From NCBI RefSeq assembly GCF_006345805.1, contig NC_043003.1, positions 52,266,001 to 52,330,000 on the forward strand: DNA of 64,000 nucleotides, read 5' to 3'. The DNA comes from Octopus sinensis. Lineage: Eukaryota. The translations under genes were made by a program, and so were the position numbers. The notes below the pieces were generated by a model that did not search any database, was not told where the DNA came from, and saw only the letters and a list, made by a program, of their open reading frames with translations. Shown here piece by piece: positions 1 through 12,332 of this stretch (positions are counted from its first letter, which is position 1; each line of letters begins with the position of its first letter).

Positions 1-24
1 CTTTTCGTGTTCAGTCCTTAATTG

Positions 25-27
<3 letters not shown>

Positions 28-96
<69 letters not shown>

Positions 97-156
97 CACA
101 CACACCTATATATATATATACATGCATACATATATATATATCTATATATATATATA
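28..156. repeat. (TA)n/(CA)n compound microsatellite
   Basis: Read directly; the YIYI-type ORFs over it are artefacts. Confidence 0.95.
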
Positions 157-755
157 ACAAATGAAAGACAGAAGATAGAATATATATACAGAAGATGTAT
201 ACACAAAATGAGCCAACAACCAGGAAAGAAAAACACTTGCAAGAGTTGTGATATGAAATCCCACCACCCTGAAGAAACCAACCCATAAGAGGACTGTGGA
301 AAGGGAACAAAATCATGGTGGCATTCTAGCATGACCACAGCTGTATGGCTGAAATGCCTAAAACAAATAAAGGATCGATCGATCCATTGATCCATTCATT
401 CATCATATAAATGTATATTGTGTGTGTGTTTATTTATATATATATATACATATATATATATAGCATAATCACTACCAAAACTGGAGAAAAAAATTTAATG
501 AGTGAAAGCAAGGTCTGGAATCAAAGGGCTTCAGAGTTATTTTAGCAAAAATCAAAGTCTTAGTAGAAAAGCTGACAAATCACAAATCCCTTCAAGTAGA
601 TGGCCCTGCTCAATATGTAGAGAAGGTGTACTTAGTGCAAGTTAAGGACACATAAGAGTTACAACAATATTAGAGGAAGGTCAACAAGGAAGATAGTCTT
701 TATGTGTGGCAGGTAAAATAAACATTAGAAATATACAGAAAATAGACACCATCAA

Positions 756-1660
756 ATGCCAGTGGGGTACCTAGAAGTAGTTGATAGCTTTCATTATTTA
801 GGTGACCAAGTCAGCAGTGAAGCGGGGTGCTCTGAGAGTGTAGCTGCCAGAATAAGAATAGGTTGGTTGGGCAAAGTTCAGAGAGCTTCTACCTTTGTTG
901 GCAACAAAGGACCTCTCCCTCAGAGTACAAGGCAGATTGTATAATGCCAGCATACAAACAGTTGTGTTTCACTGCATGAAACATGGGCTGTGATGGCAAA
1001 GGATATGCGAAGGCTTGAAAGAATAGAATCTAGTATGCTCTGCTGGATGTACAATGTCAGTGTGCCTGTGTTGAAAGAAAAATTGGGTATAAGAGGCATC
1101 AGATGTAGTGTGCAAGGGAGACATCTGTGTTGGTATGGTCACATGATGCATATGAATGATGCTGCGTAAAGATGTCCCTAACTGTGGAGGGAATTTGTGG
1201 AAGAGGTAGACTAAGGAAGACATGGGATGAGGCAGTGAAGCATGATCTTCAAATGTGGGGTCTCTTGGAGGCAATGACAAGTGATCATGACCGTTGGCAA
1301 TTTGCTGTGCATGAGAAGACGCATCAAAGCAAGTGAAATAATAGTTGTGGCTGGTGCTGGTGACACATAACAGCTTCAGTACTGGTGACACATAACAGCT
1401 TCGGTACTGGTGACACATAAAAGCACCCATGATGGTGATATGTAAAAGCACTTGTACTGGTGACATGTAAAGGCATTCATAACAGTGACATGTAAAAGCA
1501 CCCACTACACTGTGTGGTTGGTGTTAGAAAGGGCACCCAGCTATAGAAACCAAGCCAAATTCGGACTGAAACCTGATGCAGCTCTCCGGCTTACCAGTTC
1601 CAGTCAAGCTGTTTAATCCATGCCAGCATGGAAAACAGTTGTTAAATGACGATGTTGATG
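756..1660 (+). mobile_element. 5'-truncated RTE-clade LINE (ORF2 C-terminus, 3' UTR with minisatellite, (GAT)n tail)
   Basis: Frameshifted LEVVDSFHYLGDQVSSEAGCSESVAARIRIGW..KFRELLPLL..ETWAV..LKEKLGIRGIRC..WYGHM..RKTWDEAVKHDL; ORF end near 1335; about 24-bp repeats at 1365-1503; tail gttaaatgacgatgttgatg. Confidence 0.88.
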
Positions 1661-1674
1661 ATATATCTTATATA

Positions 1675-2137
1675 GGAGTCCAGGTTTCGGATGCGTAAAG
1701 GAGGGTTGGAATAATGACTGCCCTGTACACCATGAGTTTGGTTTCGGTTCGGATGTCCCAATCAGCAAAAACTCTTGTTCGGAGCTTGCCGAAAGCTGTT
1801 CCTGCACACTTCAGACGGTGTTGGATTTCATCGCTGAGGTCTACCTTTGCTGACAGATGGCTCCCAAAGTAGCAGAAGTGGTTCACATTTTCCAGTGGAT
1901 TTCCTTCGAGTTGAATCGATGGCGGGTTGTCAACACGGGCATTGGGGGGAGGTTGGTAGAGTAAGTGAGTCTTCTTGATGTTGATGCTCAGTCCAAGTTT
2001 CTCCCTTCCGGCACTAGATGTCCGCACTGTGACCGATCTTTTCGAGCAAGAATTGGTCTTATCAGTCACCTGCGGACTCACCAATAAATTTGCGCGAAGA
2101 CCATCATCCTCGACCTTGAGGGATTGCCATAGTAGTA
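1675..2137 (+). mobile_element. 5'-inverted RTE (BovB-like) LINE insertion with 14-bp TSD
   Basis: About 1675-2003 reads on minus as LGLSINIKKT..YFGSHL..LLYASETWT; about 2003-2088 reads on plus as LPSGTRCPHCDRSFRARIGLISHLRTHQ*; then 3' UTR and short (TAG)n tail; ATATATCTTATATA at 1661-1674 and 2138-2151. Confidence 0.88.
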
Positions 2138-2155
2138 ATATATCTTATATAATAG

Positions 2156-2316
2156 GTGTAGGAGTGGCTGTGTGGTAAGTAGCTTGCTTACTAACCAGAT
2201 GGTTCCAGGTTCAGTCCCACTGCGTGGCATCTTGGGTAAGTGTCTTCTACTATAGCCTCAGGCCAACCAAAGCCTTGTGAGTGGATTTGGTAGACAGAAA
2301 CTGAAAGAAGTCTGTC

Positions 2317-2354
<38 letters not shown>

Positions 2355-2652
2355 GGGCGAGCAACAGGTTGCTTAGCCACATACTGAAAAATCAGAAATA
2401 GCAGTCAAAGACTGTTTATTTCTATTTTCCACAAATATGACTCCACATACAACATATTTATATATACATATATATATATATAACTTTTTTTTAAAAGTTC
2501 CTACCGATAATGGTTATAACTTGGTGGTTCGGCAAAAGAGACCGATAGAATAAGTGCTAGGCTTACAAAGAATAAGTCCTGGAGTCGATTTGCTCAACTA
2601 AAGGTGGTGCTCCAGCATGGCCACAGTCAAATGACTGAAACAAGTAAAAGAG
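2156..2652 (+). mobile_element. tRNA-derived SINE, type A (head, internal TA microsatellite, 3' body)
   Basis: Head ggagtggctgtgtggtaag..ggttcagtcccactg; 3' body at 2520-2652 ending gtcaaatgactgaaacaagtaaaagag; matches many other copies in the window. Confidence 0.85.
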
Positions 2653-3907
2653 TACATATAAAAGAGAGATTCTGTCTGTTTGTGTATTTGTTCATTTGTT
2701 TGCCCACCAAAATGAAAGTAAATGTTTCAAGGGAAGAAGCTATTATGCTTTTTCTATATTTGTTATTATGCATTTCCTAATTGTCTCAACAACAATTATT
2801 CAATGATACGACACTAATTGCACACAAACCTATGAGGAACTGCATTGAGGCAAATATTCTATAAATAGTCTATAGTGGAAAACACTTGCCCAAAGAGCCA
2901 TGTAGTGGGACTGAACTCAGAACCATTCAAGTTATAAGAAATAATTAAGTCAATTGTTTGTACTTTTATTCTTTTATCTTGTATTTTGTATAATCTTATA
3001 TAATGATAAAAGACGATGATGATGATGACAATAATGATACAGAAATACTCCACCCATAACTCAGTTACTTCTGATTAGTTCAAAAATTATAGAGAGTAGT
3101 TGAAATTATAGAAAGGTCACAAAGAGGTACAGTGACTGTAGGAAGTTTATTGAAGTTGTATGAACTATTTACAGATTATAGAAAAGTGTGGGACCGACTA
3201 TAGAAATATAGTGGAGCCTACAGAAATACAGAGGTCTGAATGGCCTGTTACTCTTGAGTTTCTATGGCATAGCAGTTACTTCTTCAGACAAGTCAGGCAA
3301 GTCCAGTCTCTCCCATCTGCAGAAGCAGCTGTACAGAGTAACAAGCTATTGGCTCAGCTTAAATAAACTACTGTACTCTAAGCTTGTATTGAGTACATTT
3401 TCTTCAGATCATTGCCCAACAATGGTGGGTAATGATCTGGATGAACATATTATTGAATATCTAATATATATATGCATAAACATTTATTCCCCCCACCATA
3501 CTGCCTGTTGTGTGTGTCCCCCCCCCCCGTTTCATTGTCTGCCATCATACTCTTGTTTCTTTGGACCAGTTGTACTCAGTACAAAATACATTCCCTTCCA
3601 TCCTCTTGTACTGCTCCCCTCCCACCAGTCTGTGTGCTGTCATACTCTCCTTCCTATGGCCGATTTGTACCTCTCTCCCACTTTGTAAAGTCTGTCAACA
3701 CTCTTGACTTACTCTGCCATCATATTCTCCTTCCTTTTCTCTTACACATCCTGGGTTTCTGTTTTCAATCTGTCTCCTGGATCTTATTGCCATCTGTCAC
3801 TGCCCCATTCTCTTGGCAACATTGCCTTTACTATATATACATATCTTAGAATACTGAGTTCACCTGCCTATCCCACAATTTAGGTATGGGAGCCTACATT
3901 GGATCAG

Positions 3908-3908
<1 letters not shown>

Positions 3909-3963
<55 letters not shown>

Positions 3964-3973
3964 TTATCTATCT
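3909..3973. repeat. (TATC)n microsatellite
   Basis: Read directly. Confidence 0.95.
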
Positions 3974-3974
3974 A

Positions 3975-4175
3975 CACACACACACATACACACAGCACTT
4001 GACAATCGATGTTCATGTGTTTACACCCCTGTAACTTAGCAGTTTGGTAAAGGGGTGTGATAAAATAAATACTAGGCTTAAAAAATAAGTCATAGGGTTG
4101 ATTTGTTCAACTAAAACCCTTCAAGGACGTGCTCCAGCATGGCCTCACTCAAATGATAGAAACAAGTAAAAGAAT
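3975..4175 (+). mobile_element. SINE type A, diverged 3' half
   Basis: cttgacaatcgatg..gtaacttagcagtttgg..gctccagcatggcc..gaaacaagtaaaag. Confidence 0.75.
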
Positions 4176-4214
4176 AAATGAATATATATGCATGTATGTA
4201 TGTATAAAATCTTC

Positions 4215-4390
4215 ATTGCCATTTAACATGTTTTCCATGGTGACATGGGTTTCACAGTTTGACAATAGCTGGTAAGGTCAGAGGCTGCACAAGGCTACAT
4301 TGTCTGTTTTGGCATAGTTTCTATGGTTAGATGCCCTTTCTAATGCCAACCACTTTACGGAATGAACTGGGTGCTTTTTACGTGGCACCA
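4215..4390 (-). mobile_element. Diverged RTE 3'-UTR fragment
   Basis: ttttccatgg..gatgccctttctaatgccaaccact..gggtgctttttacgtggcacc matches the reverse complement of the 1500-1660 tail. Confidence 0.65.
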
Positions 4391-4525
4391 GTATCTGCTT
4401 TTTTTGGGGGGGGGGGGGGATCATCACCCGTGGTTTTTATTTGGCATTAGCACTGACAGGGCCATCAAGTAAGTAACTTGCAAAACAAAAATCCCTTCAG
4501 ATATATATATATATATATATATATA

Positions 4526-4668
4526 TGGCGTTAGGAAGGGCATCCAGTCGTAGAAACACTGCCAGATCAGACTGGGCCTGATGCGGCCTTCCGGCTTCAC
4601 AGACCCCAGTTGAACCGTCCAACCCATGCTAGCATGGAAAGCGGACGCTAAATGATGATGATGATGAT
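4526..4668 (+). mobile_element. Short RTE 3'-end insertion inside a (TA)n array
   Basis: tggcgttaggaagggcatccag..cccatgctagcatggaaagcggacgctaaat(gat)n, flanked on both sides by (TA)n. Confidence 0.85.
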
Positions 4669-4694
4669 ATATATATATGTATGTATATATATAT

Positions 4695-4758
<64 letters not shown>
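4668..4758. repeat. (TA)n(GA)n microsatellite
   Basis: Read directly. Confidence 0.95.
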
Positions 4759-4762
<4 letters not shown>

Positions 4763-5289
4763 GGGAGAAAGAGAGATAGAACATATGGGTATAGTGTGTA
4801 TGTATGCCAACACGGATATATGTGTAATATTATTTTGTTAGTAAACAGCTATACACATACTCACAAACATACCTACAAACTTACATACCCATGGACGCAC
4901 ACACGCATACTCATATATATGCATACACATGTTTATTGTTTACATATACATTTTACATACTCACGAACACACACACGCTATGCATTCATGCTGATACGTA
5001 TGAACTCGTAGAATTTTCTCACAAATTTCTTTCTACACTGTTCTAATAAACTTTTTTTCTAATTTCACTGAGTTCGGTGAATTCTATTTTGCTTAGACAT
5101 TTAGGAGCCATATTTTCTTTCTTTTTTTATTTTTTCAAAAACATTCTACAATAAAATTGGTAACTGGGACACATTTGTTTTTGGCGATTGGCGATGTATA
5201 AGTATTATTTTTTAAATTTAAAACTTTAACGTTGACACACAACTAATTAGAAAGCTATTTGTAAAAGGAAAACTAACAGGATTACGTAA

Positions 5290-5292
<3 letters not shown>

Positions 5293-5364
<72 letters not shown>

Positions 5365-5365
5365 T
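5293..5365. repeat. (TA)n(CA)n microsatellite
   Basis: Read directly. Confidence 0.95.
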
Positions 5366-7170
5366 TAGATCCCAATTTCAACGAAAAATATTCAGGAAAG
5401 AGCGAATGTTAAGGACAAAATTACTAATGGTAATCCCAACTTCGCTTTTAGGAGCCGGGATCCGTGATGATTTTGGGGACATTTTTTTTTCTCCTGGTAT
5501 GGGTGAGTTGTGTCTTATATGATATCAATACGGTGTGCAAATATATATATATATATATATATGTGTGTGTTTGGTAAGTGCCAATGCACGAAACTTTCGA
5601 CCCTTGATTTCACTCTGCTAAATACCAATAAAAATATACATATACTCATATGTTGAGTTCTATTTTTCCTGTTTGCATCACCAAATATATACACATACAT
5701 ATATACATAAAAAAATATGTATATATGAGTGTGAGTGTGGGAGTGTTTATATATTACACTCAGTACTTTGGTAATTCATTAATTTGTCATAACGATTCCA
5801 TATACTACGTCTTATTGTCAACAGGCGTTTTTTTTTCTTGTTTTCTCCACCCACGGTTATGTTAAGTTCCTTTTAAGAAGCAACTCAATTGTCTTATGAA
5901 TGAAATTACGTTTCAGCGAGATGTTATAACATAGTTACACGTTTACAAAACAATTATGTTTCTTCGTTTTTTTTTTGTTTTTGTTTGTTTAAATATAAAT
6001 TTAATTTTTTATTTTATTTATATTAATCATTAAATGGAATAAAGCATTACGAGAGCTGCTGGCTATGGGACAGCTGCGACACCTTTCAACAGTGATTCAG
6101 CTGTTTTTATATTAATAAATAAGAAAGTTCAAAAGCTAAGTGAAGTAAAAAAAAAAATAAAGTACCAGCTTCAAAGCCTAAATGAAATGTTTTGTTTCAG
6201 CACACGGTCATTGCTTGGTGCCATTAAACAAGATTTTAAACAACACCTCTAACCAAATGTAAAAGTTCTTTACGTGTATGTTTGTTTGTGTGTGTGTGCG
6301 CGGTAATTGGTAACTATCAAACTAAACTTCGCTGATTTTTGATGATTTCATTTTCGATTATTTTATGTAATATATGTTGCATATATAATGAAGAAAATAA
6401 TTGATCTTCCATCGGTTTCGACGATGAAAATTCACGGTCTTATATCAACTAAACTATATTTACTTTGTGTACGTAGTTGTGTATTCCGCATACACACTTG
6501 TCTCTTTAACGTAACAGAATCGGTGTGACACTAGGAGACAGACTGATCCTTTGAGTTACAAGTACCGTACATACGACGAACACATTTTGTCAGTTCCCAT
6601 ATCTCTTAGAAAATTTAGGTCGACTTTGTACGATCGAATCGGGACCCTCATGATTATAAAGAGAACTTTTGAACAACTCTCCTCATGATTTTATGATTAT
6701 GAACTGAGTATCCTAATCATATCTTCACTTTTATTTACATCTCTCTGTTTGTCTGTACACACACACACTCTTACGTATGCGTGCGTAAAGTGTGTGTGTG
6801 TAACATTTTATCGTTTACTATAGTCATTGGATTGCGGCCATGCTAGAGTACCGCCTTGAAGGGTTTCAGCCAAAAGAATCGGCCCCATGGGGCTAATGCA
6901 GTTTCGCACCTCTCCTTGAAAAATGCATTAAAAAATTTTGTTTTTCAGACTCCTACGTTTTAGATGTCGGAGATTACGAATATGGAAAAAAAGATTAATC
7001 CTCATCCCCCATTAACATTTTTGATTTTGTTTACTTGAAAGAAATCGTAACGAATTGACGAACATGTGCAAATCAAAATTAAATACAGATAAAAGCATTA
7101 AATTGAAAAGAATTTGCGTTTTACTTGTATTTGTCTTAAATAATAATTTAATGTAAATTAAATATACACC

Positions 7171-7674
7171 AATAATAAGTCTCTGAGTGAGATATAAACA
7201 GTAGCAGCACGACATCGTGAAGTATATTTATCACCTAAATGTGGCTAACCCTTAAGGGTCAATACTACTGTAGCTTGTAGCCCCAGGAAGACATCTTCTC
7301 CACCTGGTTATTGACACACTACCTGTGCCCTATCAGTATTTGCTAAGGGAAGTCATCGTTCCCATCTCCAGCTTGACGTGATACACACGGACCAGAGTTT
7401 CTGAATATTGACCTGTCATTAGCATGTGACATCCACCAGTTGGCAATGGGAAGTGGCTCTCAATGCAAAAATATATACTTTTTCCATTGACGAAAAGTCA
7501 CTGATTTTAAAAAAGTGGAAACAAGCAATAATAAATCTCTGAGCGAGGTATAAACAGTAGCAGCAAGACATTGTGATGGGGCACAGATAGTGTGTCAATA
7601 GCCACTGGAGGGGATTTCATCCTGGGGCTACAAGCTACAGTAGCATCGACCCTTAAGGGTTAGCCACATTTAGG
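7171..7674. repeat. Interleaved direct (50 bp) and inverted (about 100 bp) repeat module
   Basis: Direct repeat 7171-7220 vs 7527-7576; inverted repeat 7234-7335 vs 7574-7674. Confidence 0.85.
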
Positions 7675-8924
7675 ATTGTAGATCTGTTTGTCAACAATAT
7701 GCTACCGCTGCATGTAGTGGAGTTTCCCACCTTGGTTGGTCTGATCAAGATGCTAAACCTCATTAAAACATTGATGTCCCACCACACTCTGGGCAGGATG
7801 ATCTTTGCCAGCCATTAACAGCTGGAGATGTATCTTACAAGGTATTTATAAATCAAAATTATGCAAGATTATTAAATTATCATTATGGCGTACTTCATAT
7901 TTTCTTAATTTAATTTAATTATTTATCAAATAATTATTTTCTTAATGTAATAAAATGTATAATAGCTAATTGAAATAAATGTCATAATATATAATATATG
8001 GTATATATATATATATGTATATAACCCATGCTAGCATGGAAAACGGACGTTAAATGATGGTGATGATATATATATACATATATATATTCCACTCATGATT
8101 AAGTCTGCACAGCCATAACAGCAGTCTTTAATGAAATCACAAATAAAGTTCTGAACTTATCAAATTCCGACCATCATTCCTCCCTCATGTCGGTTATTCA
8201 TCATACCCAACGCATCACCTATCAAGGTAGTGTCACTATTTTCAAAAGTTTAATAACAAGGCTTTAAATGATAAGCATCAGATGAAAGTGAAACATTAGA
8301 AGCAAACCAAAATATTACCTAAAAATGACCTCAAAATTGTGTGACGTGATCTCGTTTTCAAGGTTATTTTAGAAGAAAAAAAGAGTTGTACCAAAAACAT
8401 AGTTTATTTGATAGTCTTTATATATAGATAGATGATAAGCAGCTTTCTTTATTATAGTACAGATTTGACTAATTCAGAGAAACATTACTTTCATTATTCA
8501 CACATCATCACTCTTGTAATTTTTGTTCAAACTGTAAGTGTGACACTATTTTCACTTTCTAATGAAACCTGGTCATTGTAGAGCAGAGACTTTCAAGTAA
8601 CTAAAGCTGATTGTCGAGATAACATTGAAAATATGTAAAAGAAGATAAAGTTTATTTCGTAGCCAAAAGATTACTGAATCTTTTGATACCCCATACGTCA
8701 AAATTCGCAACTCAGTATTTGAATGCATAAGGAACATATGTGCACGCATGCACACACACACAAACTCTCTTTTATATATATAGATATACAATTTCTGTGC
8801 CAAGATGGATGTCCAGAAGGGATCCTGAGTTCACCAAGGATATATAAATTTTTCCCATACTAAATGTTGAAAAGTACTTTTCCAAATAAATTTAAATATT
8901 CCTATTGATTGTCCATTATCATCA

Positions 8925-9150
8925 TCATCATCATTTAACATTCACTTTTCCATATTCACATGGGTCAGATGGAGTTCGTTGAGGTAGATTTTCGATAACT
9001 GGATGCTCTTCCTGTCATTGCCCCTTATCTGTTTCCAAGTAAGGTAATATTTCCCCATAGCTGGACATAATTTCATGGAAGACTGGAAACAAAAACTTGC
9101 TTGTATGATGTTGATTTACAACTATCATGTGATATCTAGACAAAGGTAAA
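8925..9150 (-). mobile_element. SINE type B 3' part ((GAT)n-tailed), diverged
   Basis: (atc)n ttaacattcacttttccat..ctggatgctcttcctgtc..gtaaggtaatatttcc; reverse complement resembles 17470-17712. Confidence 0.65.
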
Positions 9151-9444
9151 CACACACACTCACACATGCATACGTATATGTACAGAGTGTGTAAGATATT
9201 TGAAGACAGATCTAATGTTTAGAAAAAAAAACATATATAACTGTTTTTGTTTCCAACTTTGACCCTCCATAAATACAAAATTTTATTTGGGAATTTATGG
9301 GAGCAACTGTCTTCAAAGACTCATATTGTTGTTGAATGCTTGAAATGAGGTGTAGATAGACAGCAGACAACTGACATAGACTTGCCCAAATGCTTCAATA
9401 AATTAACATTGATATTTTTTTCACCGTTGTTACAATCATCTGAA

Positions 9445-10530
9445 ATGGAACTGTCAAAGTGCTATATTCAAGCAATTTTGCTTTTCAACTTCAAAAAAAG
9501 GATATAAAGCAACTGAAACTGCTCACAATATCAATGAAATGTTTGGTGAGGAAATGACCAATGAGTGGTCAGTTTGAAAATGGTTTAAACAATTTTGCAC
9601 TGAAGACCTGAGCCTTGAAGATCATGTGTGTAGTGGGCACCCATTTGTCATCAATGACAGTCAGTTAAAGACCATCATTGAGAAAGATCCACATAAAACC
9701 ACTCGAGAACTGGCAAAAGAACTTAGCCAGAAAACTGCTTGCAACCATTTGCATTATTATCATCAACATCATTGTTTAACATTTGCCTTCCATGCTAGTG
9801 TGGGTGGGATGGTTTCACAAGGGCCAGCCAGACAGAAGCCTGCACCAGGCTTCTGACACGATTGGGAAATCAAAAAAGTTCAACAAATGGGTACCACACA
9901 ATTTGAATGAAAATCAGAAAATGTGTAGATATGAAATTTGCTCATCGCTTCTTCTCTGTAACCAGACTGATCCATTTCTTGACCATATTGTAACTTGTGA
10001 TGAAAAGTGGATTCTATACAATAATAGAAAACATTCTTCATGGTGGTTGGACCAAAATGAAGCACTGAAAACCTGTAAACCCAAGCTCTTCAAAAAGAAG
10101 GTTATGGTAACAGTTTGGTGGTGTACTGCTGGACTCATCCACTATAACTTCTTAAAACTCAGAAAAAACCATTACTGCTGAAACATATTGCCATGAAATT
10201 GCTAAAATGAATGAAACTCTGCTACTCCTCCATCCTAGACTGGTCAACAGAAGAGGGCCAATCATTGTTCATGACAATTCTTAACCACACATTTCACTAA
10301 TGACACTCCAGAAGTTGAAGGAACTTGGCTATGAAGTTCTTCCCTACCCAGTTTATTCCTCAGACCTTTCTCCTACCGACTACCACTTTTTCAAGCACTT
10401 GATGGTTTCCTGTGAGAGGAGTTCAAAAATCAAAGTAATGCTGAAAGTGCATTCAAAGAGTTCATCAGCTCCAGAACTCCAGATTTTTATGTTACCAGAG
10501 TAAACAAACTTGTAACTCGTTGGCGAATAA
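9445..10530 (+). mobile_element. Decayed mariner (D,D34D-type) transposase
   Basis: ATG at 9445; WVPHNL, TCDEKW, HDN and YSSDLSPTDYHFF motifs across frameshifts; interrupted at about 9752-9856. Confidence 0.9.
9752..9856 (-). mobile_element. RTE 3'-end fragment inserted in the mariner
   Basis: tcatcaacatcattgtttaacatttgccttccatgctag..gcctgcaccaggc splits the NHLH / IGKSKK codons. Confidence 0.7.
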
Positions 10531-10714
10531 AATTTCAGCATTGTGAAATATATTGTGATGAATTTCATGTTTCAAAACGTTTTTACTCAGCATGATTGAT
10601 TGATTGATTGATTGATGTATTTTGCCAATAGAGAAAGAGTCGATTTCTAACGTAGATCCAAGGCTCCTTCATTGCAATTTCAACATCAACAAGGTATTTT
10701 TGTATGTATATATG

Positions 10715-10778
10715 TATGATGCATGCATGTATGTATGTATGTATGTATGTATGTATGTATGTATGTATGTATGTATAT
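10715..10778. repeat. (ATGT)n microsatellite
   Basis: Read directly. Confidence 0.95.
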
Positions 10779-11559
10779 GTGCAGATTTCTATGTTTTGCT
10801 TTATGTATGTATTCTCATGCATATAGTTGCATATCTAGACATGCTCATATATATTCAAATGATAAACTTCTGGTAAGATTTACAGATTTTTACAGTTCCA
10901 GGGATGGATTGGATCTGTAGTCTTCAAATTAGCTTTCTCCTTTCTGGTTTTGAGAAGCCTAATTTCTCAAGAGTGATATTTAGGCAGTGTGTTACATATC
11001 CCAGGGCCTCAATAATTATGTATGTATTGCTGGTGGTGGTGGTGGTGGTGTTGGGGAGGTCAGTGTTGGTATGGTTGTGTGGTTAAGAATTTTGTTTCTC
11101 TACCATGTGATTCATTTGTCACACAGCATAGCACCTTGAGCAAGTATTTTCTACCATAGCCCTGGCAGACTAAAGCCTTGTGGGCAGATCTAGTAGATGG
11201 GAATTGAAAGAAGCTTGTCATACGTGTAATAATTGTATGTGTGTGTGCACATATGCATTTATGCATACTTTCATGATATCATTTGAAGTTCAAAGGCATT
11301 CAAATAAAGACTATCCTGCCTTTTATCTTTCACACAGTGTATCTAAGATTACAAAAACAATGTGTCCTTTTTGAGTGTTTGATTTGTTTTGCAGGTTGAG
11401 TTAGCACATGGGAAACACCCTCCTTGATTCATGTAAATGTAATTCTGTGTTATATTGTAGTTGCTGTTGTTTAACAACTTTGAAAAGACTTCTTTGTTGA
11501 TATGTGAATGGAAATTTAAATGTCATGTATTGCAGTTTATTGAAAAAATGAATGAAATA

Positions 11560-12122
11560 TTGGGTTATCTGGAAAGTTCGTGTCAATTTTTAAAGGAAAG
11601 AAAAAGGTCAATAAATACTTGCCATTACATTTTTAATCAACCAAATATGAACCATTTTGTTGCACAATGCGTCTCCATCTTTCCTTTAACTCGAAAATAC
11701 CTTCTTCCCAGAACTGAGGTGGTTTCATGGCAAAGAATTCATCAAGGTATCTTTTTACGTCATCCAAGGAATTTAAATTTTTACCATTAAGACTATTCTG
11801 CAGAGACCTGAATAAGTGGAAATCTGAAGGAGCAATATCTGAATATGGAGGGTGGGGTAACACATCCCAGTCAAGCTGCAGCAATTATTGTCTGGTTCCC
11901 AAAGCATCAAGTGCCAAAAATGAACTTTCTTATCTTCCATTTTAAAAAGTTACAGAAATAACACAGGTTATAGGAACATAAACCTTCTTCCACAAAAAGA
12001 TAGCTTAAACTGTGCTCTAAATGGAAGTGTAGTCAAATCCTATTTTATGGACTCAACCATGTTCTAAAATAAGTCAAAAGGTAAGCTACTATAAATCGGC
12101 ACGAACTTTCTGGTCATCCCAA
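11560..12122 (-). mobile_element. Internally deleted mariner with both TIRs
   Basis: TA|ttgggttatctggaaagttcgtgtcaattt ... aaatcggcacgaactttctggtcatcccaa|TA; MEDKKVHFWHLMLWE (ATG 11940) joined out of frame to LQLDWDVLPHPPYSDIAPSDFHLF. Confidence 0.9.
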
Positions 12123-12332
12123 TATTTTGAAGAAATGTGTAATATATCACTAGCAAGCTCACTTGCTATACTGTGCTCTAGAAGCATTTATAGCATTGGT
12201 TTGCATCTTTCAAGATGTTGCATGAATGCAACTAATGACAACTAATCAACAAACTCTATTAATCCTCTCAAATATATAATATGAAACTGTTTAACTTCAA
12301 TCCATTGTTATTTTGAACACATGCAAGCTTAA

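Noticed and set aside
11-395. ORFs rich in YI/IY/CV repeats (also at 4424-5011 and 60348-61228)
   Set aside because: They are translations of TA, CA and GA microsatellites.
1365-1503. Regularly spaced ~24-bp repeats that look CRISPR-like
   Set aside because: They are a contiguous minisatellite in an RTE 3' UTR, with no unique spacers and no cas genes, in a eukaryote.
7527-7560. CTGAGCGA as a hammerhead core
   Set aside because: There is no correctly placed GAAA, stem III or cleavage triplet.
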